Assembly (NCBI RefSeq): GCF_014191875.1
Contig: NZ_JACHXD010000006.1
Location: 122,955 to 146,954, forward strand
Direction: 5' to 3'
Length of the DNA: 24,000 bases
Source of the DNA: Pseudoduganella violacea
GTDB taxonomy: Bacteria > Pseudomonadota > Gammaproteobacteria > Burkholderiales > Burkholderiaceae_D
Below the pieces are notes generated by a model. The model ran no database searches. It worked only from the letters and a program-made list of their open reading frames with translations, and had not been told where the DNA came from. Positions within the stretch are counted from its first letter, which is position 1, and each line of letters opens with the position of its first letter. The translations under genes were made by a program, and so were the position numbers. Shown here piece after piece: positions 22,851 through 24,000 of the stretch.

Positions 22851-24000
22851 TTAAGCCGGGCAGGCCTGTGCCGGCGCCCGTTCCTTTTGCCGCAGCGGCA
22901 GCAGGATGCGAAATGCGGTGCCGCGCCCCGGCGTCGATTGCACGTCAATGCGTCCGCCGTGATTGCGCACGATGCCGTAAGAGAGCGAAAGACCGAGGCC
23001 GGTGCCCTGGCCCAGCGGCTTGGTGGTATAGAAGGGATCGAAAATGCGCGGCAGTACCTCGGGCGCGATGCCGCAGCCGTTGTCGGCCACTTCCACCCAG
23101 GCTTCCGCGCCATGGCAGCCGGTGCGGATGGTGATCTGGCCGCGCGCCGGGCCGATGGCGTGGGCGGCGTTGATGACCAGATTCATGAATACCTGGTTCA
23201 GTTCGGACGGCAGGCACTCCACCATGGGCAGCTCGCCGTATTCCTTGCGCAGGTCCGCCACCTTGCGGATCTCGCCGGCCATGATGTTCAGCGTGGAGTC
23301 CAGGCCGCGGTGCAGATCGGCCAGCTCCCATGGCGAGCTGCTATTGCCATTGCGCGAAAAGTCCTTGAGGGACTGCACGATCTTGCTCACGCGTCCCATA
23401 CCGTCCTTGGATTGCGCCATCAGCACGGGAATATCCTCGCGCAGGAAGGCCAGCTGGAACGGGGCGCTTTGCGGCAGCCGCGCCAGTCCGGCGGGCGCTT
23501 CGCAGCCGCCATTGCAGTTGTCGGCGTAGGCGTCCAGCAGCGCGAGCAGATTTTCCAGATACTCTTCCAGCACGCCGAAATTCGATTGCAGAAAACCGAG
23601 GGGATTGTTGATCTCGTGCGCCACGCCGCTGCACAGCAGGCCAAGGGAGGCCAATTTTTCCGATTGGACCAGGCGGCTTTCCAACTGCTTGCGCTGGTCG
23701 AATTGCTGCTGCAACTGGTGGTTGGCCTGCTGCAGTTCGGCGGTGCGGCTGGCCACGGCGCTTTCCAGGTTTTCCATGCGGCTGGCCGCTTGCCGGGTCA
23801 GCCGCCACTTCTCGGTCAGCGTATTGGCCAGCTGCTGCACCTCGATTACATCGAAAGGCTTGCGCAGGACGAGCAGGCGGTCGCGCGCGTCCAGCCGCGC
23901 CAGCACCTCCTGCCAGGTATGGTCGGAATAGGCGGTACAGATGACCACCTGCAGCGCCGGGTCGGTCTGCCACAGATGTTCGATGGTTTGCACGCCGTCC
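22851..24000 (-). CDS. Hybrid sensor histidine kinase (REC - coiled coil - HisKA - HATPase_c); N-terminus lies outside the window
   Basis: The ORF is open to the window edge. It has a receiver-domain C-terminal part (VVICTAYSD...LLVLRKPFD), H-box SGVAHEINNPLGF, N-box FMNLVINAAHA, G1 VADNGCGI and G2 GTGLGLSLSYGIV. Confidence 0.9.
   Translation of the reverse strand, partial: DGVQTIEHLWQTDPALQVVICTAYSDHTWQEVLARLDARDRLLVLRKPFDVIEVQQLANTLTEKWRLTRQAASRMENLESAVASRTAELQQANHQLQQQFDQRKQLESRLVQSEKLASLGLLCSGVAHEINNPLGFLQSNFGVLEEYLENLLALLDAYADNCNGGCEAPAGLARLPQSAPFQLAFLREDIPVLMAQSKDGMGRVSKIVQSLKDFSRNGNSSSPWELADLHRGLDSTLNIMAGEIRKVADLRKEYGELPMVECLPSELNQVFMNLVINAAHAIGPARGQITIRTGCHGAEAWVEVADNGCGIAPEVLPRIFDPFYTTKPLGQGTGLGLSLSYGIVRNHGGRIDVQSTPGRGTAFRILLPLRQKERAPAQACPA

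Noticed and set aside
1-24000. Scan for CRISPR arrays, tRNA/rRNA genes, integrases or transposases, prophage genes and known defence-system genes
   Set aside because: No regularly spaced direct repeats, cloverleaf-like segments or recombinase, nuclease or ATPase defence-type ORFs were seen. All ORFs longer than 300 nt that are not shadow ORFs were assigned to the ordinary families listed above.

Overview
High-GC proteobacterial chromosomal DNA; hand counts of sample lines give roughly 60-80% GC. Gene content (PEP-CTERM proteins, DUF2946-like protein, CbpA/CbpM, TonB-dependent receptors) suggests a betaproteobacterium of the Burkholderiales/Oxalobacteraceae type, but that is inference. The window is densely coding and mostly ordinary housekeeping or accessory metabolism. 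In order: the 3' end of an M13 peptidase gene, a SAM methyltransferase, CsbD, an S9 dipeptidyl-peptidase IV, a MATE efflux pump, a secreted two-domain beta/gamma-crystallin protein, cbpA-cbpM, a glutamine-rich disordered small protein, LysR/azoR, a nicotinamidase-like gene with pncB, a small PEP-CTERM protein, an ABM monooxygenase, a siderophore receptor with a Fur box, an MFS/HxlR pair, a divergent tetR/tetA-like pair with a consensus promoter and tetO-like operator, a larger PEP-CTERM protein behind a sigma54-type promoter, a low-GC two-gene membrane cassette, a DUF2946-like gene with a second TonB-dependent receptor, and a partial REC-histidine kinase. I found no rRNA, tRNA, CRISPR, transposase, integrase or recognisable defence-system genes. 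I cannot point to a clearly complete novel multi-gene system. The items most worth follow-up are: (i) a REP/BIME-like palindromic repeat family whose copies end 2 nt from stop codons; (ii) a compositionally foreign (~48% GC by hand count) orphan membrane-protein pair, including a 41-aa ORF absent from the ORF track; (iii) a chromosomal tet(A)-family determinant with no mobile-element context; (iv) a sigma54-type promoter in front of a PEP-CTERM gene. All family assignments rest on motif recognition by eye and on remembered reference sequences, not on database searches.
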